Assembly (NCBI GenBank): GCA_024763475.1
Contig: JANTFM010000001.1
Span: forward strand, 7,879 to 71,878
Origin: Acidobacteriota bacterium
GTDB taxonomy: Bacteria; Acidobacteriota; Polarisedimenticolia; J045
Direction: 5' to 3'
DNA length: 64,000 nucleotides
Part shown: positions 18,501-27,427 of the stretch, piece after piece
Numbering within the stretch: position 1 is the stretch's first letter
How the letters are laid out: each line of letters begins with the position of its first letter
Made by a program: the position numbers and the translations under genes
The notes under the pieces: model-generated
What the model was told of the DNA's origin: nothing
What the model saw: only the letters and a program-made list of their open reading frames with translations
Database searches by the model: none

Positions 18501-20293
18501 GCGTTCGGCCCGAGCCTCCGCCCCGAGCTCACGGGGGAATGCCGCCTCCTCCGGATAGCGTGATCGATGCCCATCTCGAGCGAGAGCGGCAGCGTCTGCT
18601 GCGGGAGGCGGGTCTCGCCTCGTCGCCTCCCCAGCACTTGCGTAAGCTCGCCGAACACCCCTTTCTCGAGGAGGAACGCGATTCGGTCACGATCCTGACC
18701 GGGGGGTTCTCGCGGCATCATGACCTCTTTCTGCGCGCCGGTTTCCAGGGCCTCGGCTACACCAGGACCGAGCTCGTTCCAACGCCGACCAAGGCCGACT
18801 TTCAAGCAGGCAAGGAGTACGGCAACAACGGCCAGTGCAGCCCGACCTACTTCACCGTGGGTGCCCTGGTGAACTACCTGAAGCGGCTCAGGGACGAGGA
18901 AGGCCTGTCCACCGAGACGATCGTGAGGGACTACGTCTTCGTCACGATGGGGGCCTGCGGCCCCTGCCGCTTCGGCATGTACGAGTCGGAGTATCGCCTC
19001 GCCCTGCGCAATGCGGGCTTCGAGGGATTCCGCATCGTGCTGTTCCAGATCAAGGGCGGTGTGCACCAGGTCAACGGCCAGAAGCCGGGGATCGCGTTCG
19101 ACCTCGACTTCTTCCTCACCTTCGGCAACCTGGTCATGCTTGCCGACCTCGTCAACGAGGTGGCGCGCCAGATTCGCCCCTACGAAGTGGTCCCGGGCCG
19201 GACGGATCGCGTCTTCGAAAAGGTGCAGGAGAAGATCCAGGCCGGGCTCCGTGAGCTCAGCCTTCATGTCGAGCGCCCGAGTGCCCCCGCGCGACTCCTC
19301 GCCCCGCTTCTCCCGCTCAAGGACTCCGCTGAGGTCGATAAGTTCCTGGCGCAGCTGCGCTCACAACACTTCGTTTCGATCCTCGAAGAGTGTGCACGCC
19401 TGATCGACGAAGAGATCGAGGTCGACTACACGAGGCCGCGTCCCAAGGTAAAAGTCACTGGTGAATTCTGGGCCACGCTGACAGAGGGTGACGGGAACTA
19501 CAACATGTACCGCTACCTCGAGAGCCAGGGTGCGGAGGTGGCAGCCGAGCCGATCACGACCTGGATCACCTTCCTGGTTTCCCAAGCCCGGGTCTACGCA
19601 AAGGACGCCAAGGGTCTCGCCAGTGCCGAGGTCGAAGGGGGTTTCGCTCGTCTTCGCGCACGGGCGGGGGAAGAGCTCCAGCACCACAAGCGCATGCTCG
19701 TTCTTGGAGTCACAGAGAGGATCCTCAAGCGTGAGTACGATCGCCTGCGCGCCGCCCTTGGCGGCACCGCGAACCAAAGCGCGGATCACGACGAACTCCG
19801 GCGTCTCGCCCACTCCTTCTACAACTCGCGCTCGCAGGGCGGGGAGGGGCACATGGAGGTCGCCAAGACCATCTACTACTCGAGTCGCGGCCTGGCGCAC
19901 ATGGTGCTCAGTCTCAAACCCTTCGGTTGCCTGCCATCCACGCAGTCGGACGGCGCACAGGTCGCCGTGCTGGCCCAGTATCCACAGGCGACCTTCCTGC
20001 CGGTCGAAACCTCCGGCGAAGGGGATATCAACGCCTACAGCCGGGTCCAGATGGTGCTCGCGGAGGCCAAGACGAAGAGCCGGGACGAGTTCCAGGAGTC
20101 CATCGCGAAGACCGGTTTCTCCCTCGAGGAGATCCGGGACTATGCAGCGGGGAGGCGGGAGCTCAGACGCCCCCTGCAGCAGGTCCCGAAGATCGAGGGT
20201 GTCGCGGGCCGGGCGGCACGTTTCGTCCAGTACGTTGCCGGCTTGATGCGCGAGGACGGCCTGCGCCCGGATCCCGCGCCATGCCCGAGATAG
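18497..20293 (+). CDS. 2-hydroxyacyl-CoA dehydratase-like Fe-S protein (PlsR-like)
   Basis: QCSPTYFTVG, GACGPCRFGMY, KVTGEFW, GGEGHME, KPFGCLPS; ATGA-coupled to TetR. Confidence 0.8.
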   Translation: MSVRPEPPPRAHGGMPPPPDSVIDAHLERERQRLLREAGLASSPPQHLRKLAEHPFLEEERDSVTILTGGFSRHHDLFLRAGFQGLGYTRTELVPTPTKADFQAGKEYGNNGQCSPTYFTVGALVNYLKRLRDEEGLSTETIVRDYVFVTMGACGPCRFGMYESEYRLALRNAGFEGFRIVLFQIKGGVHQVNGQKPGIAFDLDFFLTFGNLVMLADLVNEVARQIRPYEVVPGRTDRVFEKVQEKIQAGLRELSLHVERPSAPARLLAPLLPLKDSAEVDKFLAQLRSQHFVSILEECARLIDEEIEVDYTRPRPKVKVTGEFWATLTEGDGNYNMYRYLESQGAEVAAEPITTWITFLVSQARVYAKDAKGLASAEVEGGFARLRARAGEELQHHKRMLVLGVTERILKREYDRLRAALGGTANQSADHDELRRLAHSFYNSRSQGGEGHMEVAKTIYYSSRGLAHMVLSLKPFGCLPSTQSDGAQVAVLAQYPQATFLPVETSGEGDINAYSRVQMVLAEAKTKSRDEFQESIAKTGFSLEEIRDYAAGRRELRRPLQQVPKIEGVAGRAARFVQYVAGLMREDGLRPDPAPCPR

Positions 20294-23200
20294 CCTCGGG
20301 ACACAGGCGCCCGTACAGCGAGGTCCTGGTCATCGGGCTCGATGTCGGGAGCACGACGGTCAAGGCCGTCGTCGTCGAACCCGGCCAACAGGTCGTGATC
20401 TATCGGAACTACCGTCGGCACGAGGCGCGTCAGACCGAGCTATGTCTCGAGTTTCTCGAGCAGATAGAAAAGGAACTCTCGCCCCACGCTGAAGCAGGAT
20501 TCCGGATCGCCGTCACGGGCTCGGGTGGCAACGAGATCGCGGAGCGTCTCGGCGCCCCCTTCGTCCAGGAGGTCAGCGCCATCAGCCTGGCCGTGACGAG
20601 GCTTTATCCCGAGGTTCGGAGTGTCGTCGAACTCGGCGGCCAGGATGCGAAGATCATCATCTTCAAGGAGGACCCGGCGACCGGTCGTAAGAAGACCTAT
20701 CCCTCGATGAATGACAAGTGTGCCGGCGGCACGGGATCGGTGATCGACAGGATCAGTGCCCGGCTGAACGTCCCTCCCGGGGACGTCGCCACCATGCGCT
20801 ACGAGGGCGTGCGTCTGCATCCCGTGGCGGGCAAGTGTGGTGTCTTCGCCGAGACCGACATCAATAGCCTGGTCAAGCAGGGCATCCCCACGGACCAGCT
20901 CGTTGCCTCTCTCTTCGAGAGCATCGTTCAGCAGAATCTTTCGGTTCTGACCCGGGGGCATACGCTGATGCCCCAGGTGCTCCTGCTCGGCGGCCCCAAC
21001 CACTACATTCGCGGGCTCGTCGAGTGTTGGAGGCACAACATCCCCCTGCTCTGGAAGGAGCGAAAGGTCACGCTGCCCGCGGGCCAGAGCATCCGTGAGC
21101 TGATCGTCGTCCCGGAAAACGCCCACTACTTTGCTGCATTGGGCGCCGCAGAGACGGCCGAGGAGGAAGCGAACGATGATCCATCGTTCGGGATCTACCA
21201 CGGGTGTAAGGTGCTGCGCAGCAGCTTGGCGCGGGACGAGGGGGCCGCTCGGCTCAGAACGGGACTGAGCCCTCTCTGCCAGAGTGAGGAAGAGCAGGCC
21301 CGCTTCGAAGAGCAGTATCGCCCGCCGCCATGGGAGCCGGTGCGCTTCGAGGCGGGCACCCGAGTCGAGGCCTACCTCGGCCTCGACGGCGGATCAACGA
21401 GCACCAAGGCCGTACTCCTCGACCCCCGGATGCGGGTTCTCGCCAAGGCCTACCAGCTGAGCCGTGGGAATCCGATTCAGGACGCCAAGGAGATGTTCGC
21501 GTCGCTCGAGTCGCAGATCCTCGAGCAGGACTGCACGCTCGAGATCCTGGGGCTGGGAACGACCGGGTACGCCAAGGACATCCTCAAGGATGTCTTCCGA
21601 GCCGACGTGGCTCTCGTGGAGACCGTGGCCCACACCCAGGCGGGACTGCACTACTTCTCAGGATCGGATGTGATCATCGACGTGGGTGGTCAGGACATTA
21701 AGCTGATCTTCCTCAAGAACGACGCGGTCCACGATTTCAAGTTGAATACCCAGTGCTCGGCGGGAAATGGCTACTTCCTGCAGGGAACCGCCGAGGCCCT
21801 CGGCTTCCGCGTCGAGGACTACGCGGACATCGCCTTCTCAGCCCGTGCGATGCCCGAATTCGGCTACGGGTGTGCGGTGTTCATGCAGACCGACATCGTG
21901 GATTTCCAGCGCCAGGGATGGAGTGCCGAGGAGATCATGGCGGGGCTCGCCGCCGTGCTGCCGAAGAACATCTGGCTCTATGTCGCCAAGATTTCCAACC
22001 TGCCCAAGCTCGGCCGGAAGTTCATCCTGCAGGGTGGGACCCAGCACAATCTCGCTGCGGTCAAGGCTCAGGTCGACTTCATTTCCTCGCGTTTCGTCGG
22101 TTCCGGCGTAGAGCCCGAGGTGATCGTCCATCCGCACTGCGGGGTGTCGGGGGCGATTGGTTGTGCGCTCGAGGTGCACCGTCTTCACGAGGAGCAGGGG
22201 CAGGAGACTCGTTTCATCGGCCTCGCGGCGGCCCAGGACATCGGCTATCACGCGATACGGGGAGAAGAAACCCGCTGCGGCTTCTGCAAGAACAAGTGTC
22301 TGAGGACCTTCATCGATCTCTCGGGCGGGGAACGCATCATCATCGCGACCTGTGAGAAGGGCTCGGTGGAAGAGCTTGCTGACATGAAGCGGATCAAGAA
22401 GGGACTCGATGCCGCGAAGCGGGCCAACCCCAATCTGGCGGAGATCTCGGCCCGTGAGGTGTTTCGTCCCGTAGAGGTTCTCCAGAGTCGTTCTGGCCCC
22501 GTGGAACGACGTCGTGCAGCCCTGCCCTTCGTGAAAGGGAGAGCAGCTCGGCGGGCGGAACGTGTCGAGAGACGTGAGCGTGTGCGGATCGGCATGCCTC
22601 GCGTCATGAATCTTTACTCGATGGCGCCGGTGTTCATGGGCTACTTCCAGAGTCTGGGCGTAGCGGCGGAGAACCTCGTCTGGTCCGACTACAGCTCCGA
22701 GGAGCTCTACCGCGGCGGGGCGAAACGTGGAAGCATCGACCCCTGTTTCCCGAGCAAACTGGGCATTCCCCATCTTCACAACCTGATGGAGAAGAAGCAC
22801 ACGGCGGACAGGCCGCTTTCCCACATCTTCTTCCCGATGATCGACACGCTCCCCACGGTGCTCGTCGGGACGATTGCCAACCGTGCCTGTCCCACCGTCT
22901 GCAACACGCCCGAAGCCGTGGGTGCGGCCTTCATCAAGGAGGGCGATCTCTTCGCGGAACAGGGCATCGTCTTCAAGAAGACCTTCTGCAACATCGACAA
23001 CCCGCTCCTCCTCGCGCGACAGCTCTTTCTCGACTGGAAGGACGAGATCGGCGTCACCGAAGAAGAGTCCCGTTTCGCGGTTCGCCAGGGTCTTGCCGCC
23101 CTCGAGGCCTTCGAGGCGGCGCGGCGCGCTGAGTCCCGCAAGATCATCGATCGTCTTGAGCGGGAGGGCGGCATTGGGCTCGTGCTGCTCGCGAGGCCCT

Positions 23201-23757
23201 ACCACAACGACCCGGGGATCAACCACGAGATCTGCGCCGAATTCCCCAAGCTCGGCTACCCGGTACTGACCCAGTCCAGCCTGCCGCTGGACGAGGACCT
23301 GCTCCTACGCCTTTTTGGCGATGAGATCGACAGGGGCGAGGTGGCGCACCCGATGGATATCGGCGAGGTGTGGAAGAACTCCTACTCGGAGAACTCCTCC
23401 CGCAAGATCTGGGCGGCCCGCTTCGTGGCCCGCCATCCCAACCTCGTCGCCCTTGAGCTGTCCAACTTCAAGTGTGGCCACGATGCGCCGATCTACAGCC
23501 TGGTGGAAGAGATCATCGGCCGCTCAGGAACCCCTTACTTCTCTTTCAAGGACATCGACGAGAACCGTCCCGCCGGATCGATCAAGATCCGCGTCGAGAC
23601 CATCGCCTACTTCCTCGAGCGCTACCACCAGAAACTCAAGCAGGAGCTTGCCACCCGGAGGGCGATCGCCCTTCACCTGGAGAAACTCCAGCGGGAGCTG
23701 CGTGGCGGGGGGCACGGGACGAACGCCAACAGCTCGGGGTTTCCTTCGCGGGGATAG
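20281..23757 (+). CDS. CoA-substrate activase with two BadF/BadG/BcrA/BcrD ATPase domains plus DUF2229 (PlsA-like)
   Basis: GLDVGSTTVK / GGQDAK / CAGGTG and GLDGGSTSTK / GGQDIK / CSAGNG, then CFPSK, RPYHNDPGINH, FKCGHDA. Confidence 0.88.
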   Translation: MPEIASGHRRPYSEVLVIGLDVGSTTVKAVVVEPGQQVVIYRNYRRHEARQTELCLEFLEQIEKELSPHAEAGFRIAVTGSGGNEIAERLGAPFVQEVSAISLAVTRLYPEVRSVVELGGQDAKIIIFKEDPATGRKKTYPSMNDKCAGGTGSVIDRISARLNVPPGDVATMRYEGVRLHPVAGKCGVFAETDINSLVKQGIPTDQLVASLFESIVQQNLSVLTRGHTLMPQVLLLGGPNHYIRGLVECWRHNIPLLWKERKVTLPAGQSIRELIVVPENAHYFAALGAAETAEEEANDDPSFGIYHGCKVLRSSLARDEGAARLRTGLSPLCQSEEEQARFEEQYRPPPWEPVRFEAGTRVEAYLGLDGGSTSTKAVLLDPRMRVLAKAYQLSRGNPIQDAKEMFASLESQILEQDCTLEILGLGTTGYAKDILKDVFRADVALVETVAHTQAGLHYFSGSDVIIDVGGQDIKLIFLKNDAVHDFKLNTQCSAGNGYFLQGTAEALGFRVEDYADIAFSARAMPEFGYGCAVFMQTDIVDFQRQGWSAEEIMAGLAAVLPKNIWLYVAKISNLPKLGRKFILQGGTQHNLAAVKAQVDFISSRFVGSGVEPEVIVHPHCGVSGAIGCALEVHRLHEEQGQETRFIGLAAAQDIGYHAIRGEETRCGFCKNKCLRTFIDLSGGERIIIATCEKGSVEELADMKRIKKGLDAAKRANPNLAEISAREVFRPVEVLQSRSGPVERRRAALPFVKGRAARRAERVERRERVRIGMPRVMNLYSMAPVFMGYFQSLGVAAENLVWSDYSSEELYRGGAKRGSIDPCFPSKLGIPHLHNLMEKKHTADRPLSHIFFPMIDTLPTVLVGTIANRACPTVCNTPEAVGAAFIKEGDLFAEQGIVFKKTFCNIDNPLLLARQLFLDWKDEIGVTEEESRFAVRQGLAALEAFEAARRAESRKIIDRLEREGGIGLVLLARPYHNDPGINHEICAEFPKLGYPVLTQSSLPLDEDLLLRLFGDEIDRGEVAHPMDIGEVWKNSYSENSSRKIWAARFVARHPNLVALELSNFKCGHDAPIYSLVEEIIGRSGTPYFSFKDIDENRPAGSIKIRVETIAYFLERYHQKLKQELATRRAIALHLEKLQRELRGGGHGTNANSSGFPSRG

Positions 23758-23871
23758 AGCGGGTTGTGCCCGCATGCCGGTGGGTCAAGGGCAGGAAAGC
23801 GGAGTCGGACCTTCGTGCCTGCACGCGCGGGCACGGCCAGCTGTGCCCTTGAGATCCGGTGGAAGGAGGGC

Positions 23872-25887
23872 CTATCCATACTCCTTCCAGATTGGTCTGA
23901 CCTTGCCAGTAGGCGCCTCGATCGTACAGAAAAGCCCGCGCACCAGGAAGTAGCACGCCAGGGCCAGGGGCAGGTTGCCCAACCAGAGCAGGGGGACGGC
24001 AAGGGGGATCGCGCGGGCGAGCCGCCTCAAGAGGATCATCGGCAGCACCAGGAGGGCCTCCGAGAAGCCGGAGATGTCTTCGATAATGGTTGCCAGGTAG
24101 TAGGCGGCAACAAGGCCGAAAAGGCCGAGGTAGCAGGTCGTGGCGATCCAGCGGGCGACCCGGGGGTGCTGCCGGAGAAGATTGAGAGACCAGAGGAGTG
24201 TGACAAGCAGGATGGCGACGCCACAGCCAACGGCGTAGAGGCCCGTCCTGGAGGTGGCCGCGTCTCCCTCGAAGCCGGGGACAAGGAAGGTCGAACCCTG
24301 GGCGGGTTCTTGGCGGAGGCCTTTCCATATCGGATTGTCATCGTCGGGGTCCGTGAATGCCTCGTCTGCGAACAAGGCTCTCCCGTGAACGGCCCGGACC
24401 GCACGATTGGCCTGCAGGGCACGAAAACGGTCGGAGCTGTCCGCCCCGGATTCATACGGATTGTAGACGGCGCTTGAGCTTCCCGGGTAGAGCCGGTGCT
24501 CCCGCGGAGTGTAGGCCTCGCCCCAGGGAGCGGTCACCGTCGGCACGGGCGCATCGGTCAGAATCTCCCAGGTTTCGGGAGGGACATGCAGGCGCCGCTG
24601 TGAGGACCGGACGTGGGATGCGGGATCAGAATCCAGCAGGCCGAGCCCGCCAAGACTCCCCCCAACCACCATCGGGATCAGCAGGGTGAGGGCCACGTAA
24701 GCGAAGATCCGTCCGCGCGGAATCGGCAGATGGTCGATCCTGTGAAGGCGGATCACCGCCTGCTCAAGGATGCTTACGGGCCAAAGCAGGCTGATAAACA
24801 GATGGGGCATCGGGTTCCCGCCCGAGCCATAGCTCAAGACCGTCGCAAGTCCGATGAAGGTGCAACCCCCTGCAATCATCCAGTTTAGCCAGTGATTGAT
24901 CAGGGTCGAGAAGATCGTTCGGTGCAGAATCCAGCGGTCGTCGACACCAACCTGGGTGAGTGCGGCTGAATCAACCTGGGAGAGTTGGTCCGGATCGAGA
25001 AGGGGAGCCGGATCAACCTGGGTCGGGTGTTGGGGGACACCGTTTTGGGTGAGTGCGGCTGGGCTGTCGACACCAACCTGGGTGAGTGCTGCTGAATCAA
25101 CCTGGGAGAGTTTGTCCGGATCGAGGAGTGGAGCCGAATCAACCTGGGTCGGGCGTTGGGGGACACCGTCTTGGGTGAGTGCTGCTGAATCAACCTGGGA
25201 GAGTTGGTCCGGATCGAGAGGGGGAGCTGAATCAACCTGGGTGAGGGGGGGAAGCTGTGTGGGGGCGAGCAGGTAGGCCAGGGGCGTGTGGGCGTGGATG
25301 AAGGCGCCGGCGGCGAGGGCGGCGAGCGCCGGGAGCAGGACGCTGATCCAGGAGAGAGGGACCAGGCCGACGTAGAGCACCGCTGCACAGGAGAGGCTCG
25401 CGACGTAGATCAGGTAGTGCGGTCCGGTCTGCACCATGTGGAGATCGGAATCGAGGCATTGGAAGAGGAACGCGACCAGCATCAGCACTGTGCAGCCACG
25501 CAAGCCGGCGATAAGCAGCAGCTCCCCAACCTCTCCACGGGCTCCACTAGCTGCGATGAGGGTCGCGAGGGAGAGCGGAAGCACGCTGGCGAGAAGAATG
25601 GACAGGATTCTCACCCGCCAGAGGGTAGGTGCCGCGATGGGAAGGGCCAGGGCCATTCGGCTCGCACGGGTCATGAAGTTCTGCTGGAACAAGATCGTGA
25701 GCGAGCTAAACACCACGAGGGTCGTGGCGAAGAAGATCCAGCCCCTCGTGCTTCCCGAGAGCGCTTCTGTCGACGCGGGAAGAGTGCTCGCGAGGGAGCG
25801 AAAGAGAAGGCCGACCAGGCCTCCGCCCAGCAGGAGCAGGCCAAGTCCGCGACATGCCGGATCCTGCCTGAAGAGCGTGACGATCAT
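23872..25887 (-). CDS. Polytopic membrane protein, probable ABC permease, with an internal repeat insertion
   Basis: ATG 25887 (MIVTLFRQD); many TM segments; ALPI and HLPIPRGRIF loops typical of ABC-2 permeases; last gene of the GntR-ABC operon. Confidence 0.7.
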   Translation of the reverse strand: MIVTLFRQDPACRGLGLLLLGGGLVGLLFRSLASTLPASTEALSGSTRGWIFFATTLVVFSSLTILFQQNFMTRASRMALALPIAAPTLWRVRILSILLASVLPLSLATLIAASGARGEVGELLLIAGLRGCTVLMLVAFLFQCLDSDLHMVQTGPHYLIYVASLSCAAVLYVGLVPLSWISVLLPALAALAAGAFIHAHTPLAYLLAPTQLPPLTQVDSAPPLDPDQLSQVDSAALTQDGVPQRPTQVDSAPLLDPDKLSQVDSAALTQVGVDSPAALTQNGVPQHPTQVDPAPLLDPDQLSQVDSAALTQVGVDDRWILHRTIFSTLINHWLNWMIAGGCTFIGLATVLSYGSGGNPMPHLFISLLWPVSILEQAVIRLHRIDHLPIPRGRIFAYVALTLLIPMVVGGSLGGLGLLDSDPASHVRSSQRRLHVPPETWEILTDAPVPTVTAPWGEAYTPREHRLYPGSSSAVYNPYESGADSSDRFRALQANRAVRAVHGRALFADEAFTDPDDDNPIWKGLRQEPAQGSTFLVPGFEGDAATSRTGLYAVGCGVAILLVTLLWSLNLLRQHPRVARWIATTCYLGLFGLVAAYYLATIIEDISGFSEALLVLPMILLRRLARAIPLAVPLLWLGNLPLALACYFLVRGLFCTIEAPTGKVRPIWKEYG
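24940..25245. repeat. In-frame nested repeat (126-bp higher-order unit; 8 copies of CAACCTGGG) encoding TQVDSA repeats
   Basis: GTCGACACCAACCTGGGTGAG at 24940 and 25066; CAACCTGGG at 24948, 24972, 25014, 25074, 25098, 25140, 25191 and 25233. Confidence 0.92.
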
Positions 25888-25977
25888 CGCTGGCCTCCCA
25901 TGACCTCGATGAAGATCTCCTCGAGCGTGACGATCATCGCTGACCTCCCATGACCTCGATGAAGATCTCCTCGAGCG
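25873..25977. repeat. 50-bp tandem duplication of the ATPase/permease junction
   Basis: GAGCGTGACGATCATCGCTG(G/A)CCTCCCATGACCTCGATGAAGATCTCCTC at 25873 and 25923, one mismatch. Confidence 0.95.
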
Positions 25978-26830
25978 GGATCGGCTGGCAGCGGGCGGCG
26001 CTGACTCCCAGGGAGTCTCGGAGGAGCTTGATGCTGGAGTCGGGTTCGAGCTGGAGGATGGCGTGGAGTGAGTCGACTCGATCGCGGACAGCAAGGCAGC
26101 CATCGAGTGCGAGAAGCCGCTCGGGAGTTGCTCCCGAGTCGTGGGGTATGAGCGCGAGCGAGTACTGCTCGTGCAGCTGGTCGAGATCACTGTCGATCAG
26201 GACACGGCCGTCCTCCAGCATCACGACTCGGTTGGCCATGCGCTCCACATCTCCCATGTAGTGGGAAGAGAAGAGGATCGACGAGCCGGAGTCCGCCAGG
26301 TAGCGAATAGAGGTCTCGAGAAACTCCCGCCGGACGGCTGGGTCGAGTCCACCGCCGGGTTCGTCGAGGAGCAGCAGCGGAGGGCGGTGGGACATTGCGC
26401 AAACCAGCGCGACTTGGCGTGCTTGTCCCTTGCTGAGGGTCTTGATCTTCGCGTTGTGAGAGATCCGGAACTGATCCAGCAGCTGCTCCTCGAACGCTCG
26501 GTCCCAGGTTGGGAAGAGCTTCCGGTGCAACTGGATCACCTCCTTTACGCGCAGGAAGTCGGGGAGGACCTGCTCCTCGGCGACGTAGCCCACCTGTCGC
26601 TTGACCTCTAGCGGCTTCCTGCGGGGGTCCAGCCCCAGGACCCTCACCTGGCCGGCTTGAGGGGCGAGCAGGCCCATCGCGATGCGAACCAGGGTCGTTT
26701 TTCCCGCACCGTTTCTGCCCAGAAGGCCGAGGACTTCCCCCTGCTCCACGGAAAAGGAGACCGAGTCCAAGACCGTGACCCCACGCTGGAACGAACGCTG
26801 GATGTTGTTGAATTCTATGATCTTGCTCAT
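25934..26830 (-). CDS. ABC transporter ATP-binding protein (YtrB/CcmA-like)
   Basis: GRNGAGKTT, LSKGQ, LLLDEP, SSH, LEEIF. Confidence 0.93.
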   Translation of the reverse strand: MSKIIEFNNIQRSFQRGVTVLDSVSFSVEQGEVLGLLGRNGAGKTTLVRIAMGLLAPQAGQVRVLGLDPRRKPLEVKRQVGYVAEEQVLPDFLRVKEVIQLHRKLFPTWDRAFEEQLLDQFRISHNAKIKTLSKGQARQVALVCAMSHRPPLLLLDEPGGGLDPAVRREFLETSIRYLADSGSSILFSSHYMGDVERMANRVVMLEDGRVLIDSDLDQLHEQYSLALIPHDSGATPERLLALDGCLAVRDRVDSLHAILQLEPDSSIKLLRDSLGVSAARCQPIPLEEIFIEVMGGQR

Positions 26831-27228
26831 GGTGTCTCACTTTTCGAGAGCAGGTCCTCGAAGAGGGCCACGGCTTGGCGGGGCTCGACTCCGAGTTGCC
26901 GGACGAGATGAACGGCCTTGTTGAGCTCTTCACTCAAGCGCTCGAGCCGCTGCGTTTCGAGAGGCTTGGAGTCGAAGGGCCGCACCACCAGGGGCAGGCC
27001 GGGCCGGCGTTGGACGATCCCTTCTTGTTCCAGGAGCCCGTACGCCTTGCTGATCGTCATCGGATTGATTCCGAGCTGAGCAGACAGGCTGCGGGTCGAT
27101 GGCAGCGCATCCCCGGGATGAATCGCTCCGCCGGCGACCAGCAGCCGGACCTGTTCGATCAGCTGCCGGTAGACCGGGATCCCGGACGAGGGGTCGATCA
27201 GGATCAGGAGCTTGGCGGGTTCGGACAT
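26827..27228 (-). CDS. GntR family regulator, YtrA subfamily
   Basis: PVYRQLIEQV...LPSTRSLSAQLGINPMTISKAYGLLEQEG; short C-terminal domain; precedes an ABC ATPase. Confidence 0.92.
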   Translation of the reverse strand: MSEPAKLLILIDPSSGIPVYRQLIEQVRLLVAGGAIHPGDALPSTRSLSAQLGINPMTISKAYGLLEQEGIVQRRPGLPLVVRPFDSKPLETQRLERLSEELNKAVHLVRQLGVEPRQAVALFEDLLSKSETP

Positions 27229-27245
27229 GGGGTGCTGACTCCAGA

Positions 27246-27309
27246 GTGTATTAGTTGTCTAATGCACTATGACGTTAAGCCCTTGAGGTGTATCTGTCAA
27301 CTAATACAC
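27246..27309 (-). promoter_or_regulatory. Sigma70-type promoter flanked by two YtrA-type operators
   Basis: GTGTATTAGTTGTCTAATGCAC (27246-27267) and GTGTATCTGTCAACTAATACAC (27288-27309). On the minus strand: TTGACA (27300-27295), 17-nt spacer, TAACGT (27277-27272). Confidence 0.8.
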
Positions 27310-27427
27310 CTGCCACGCTGGACTCACGGAGCTTCTTTCCCCGGGGGGCAGCACCCTGTCCCGCCGCAAGAGGAACGGTAGACGCAGGTCCTCTTGCGCG
27401 GAATAATCGGGCGGAAGGGGGACTTCG

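Noticed and set aside
19927..20280. N-terminal extension of the 1276-aa activase ORF (likewise the extensions of 574..1632, 2359..4758, 6069..7091, 40448..41482, 43550..45661 and 48408..49994)
   Set aside because: These overlap well-supported neighbouring genes or precede clear signal peptides; downstream starts fit the family N-termini.
25888..26190. N-terminal extension of the 772-aa ORF 23872..26190
   Set aside because: It overlaps the ABC ATPase in another frame; the coupled ATG at 25887 is the plausible start.
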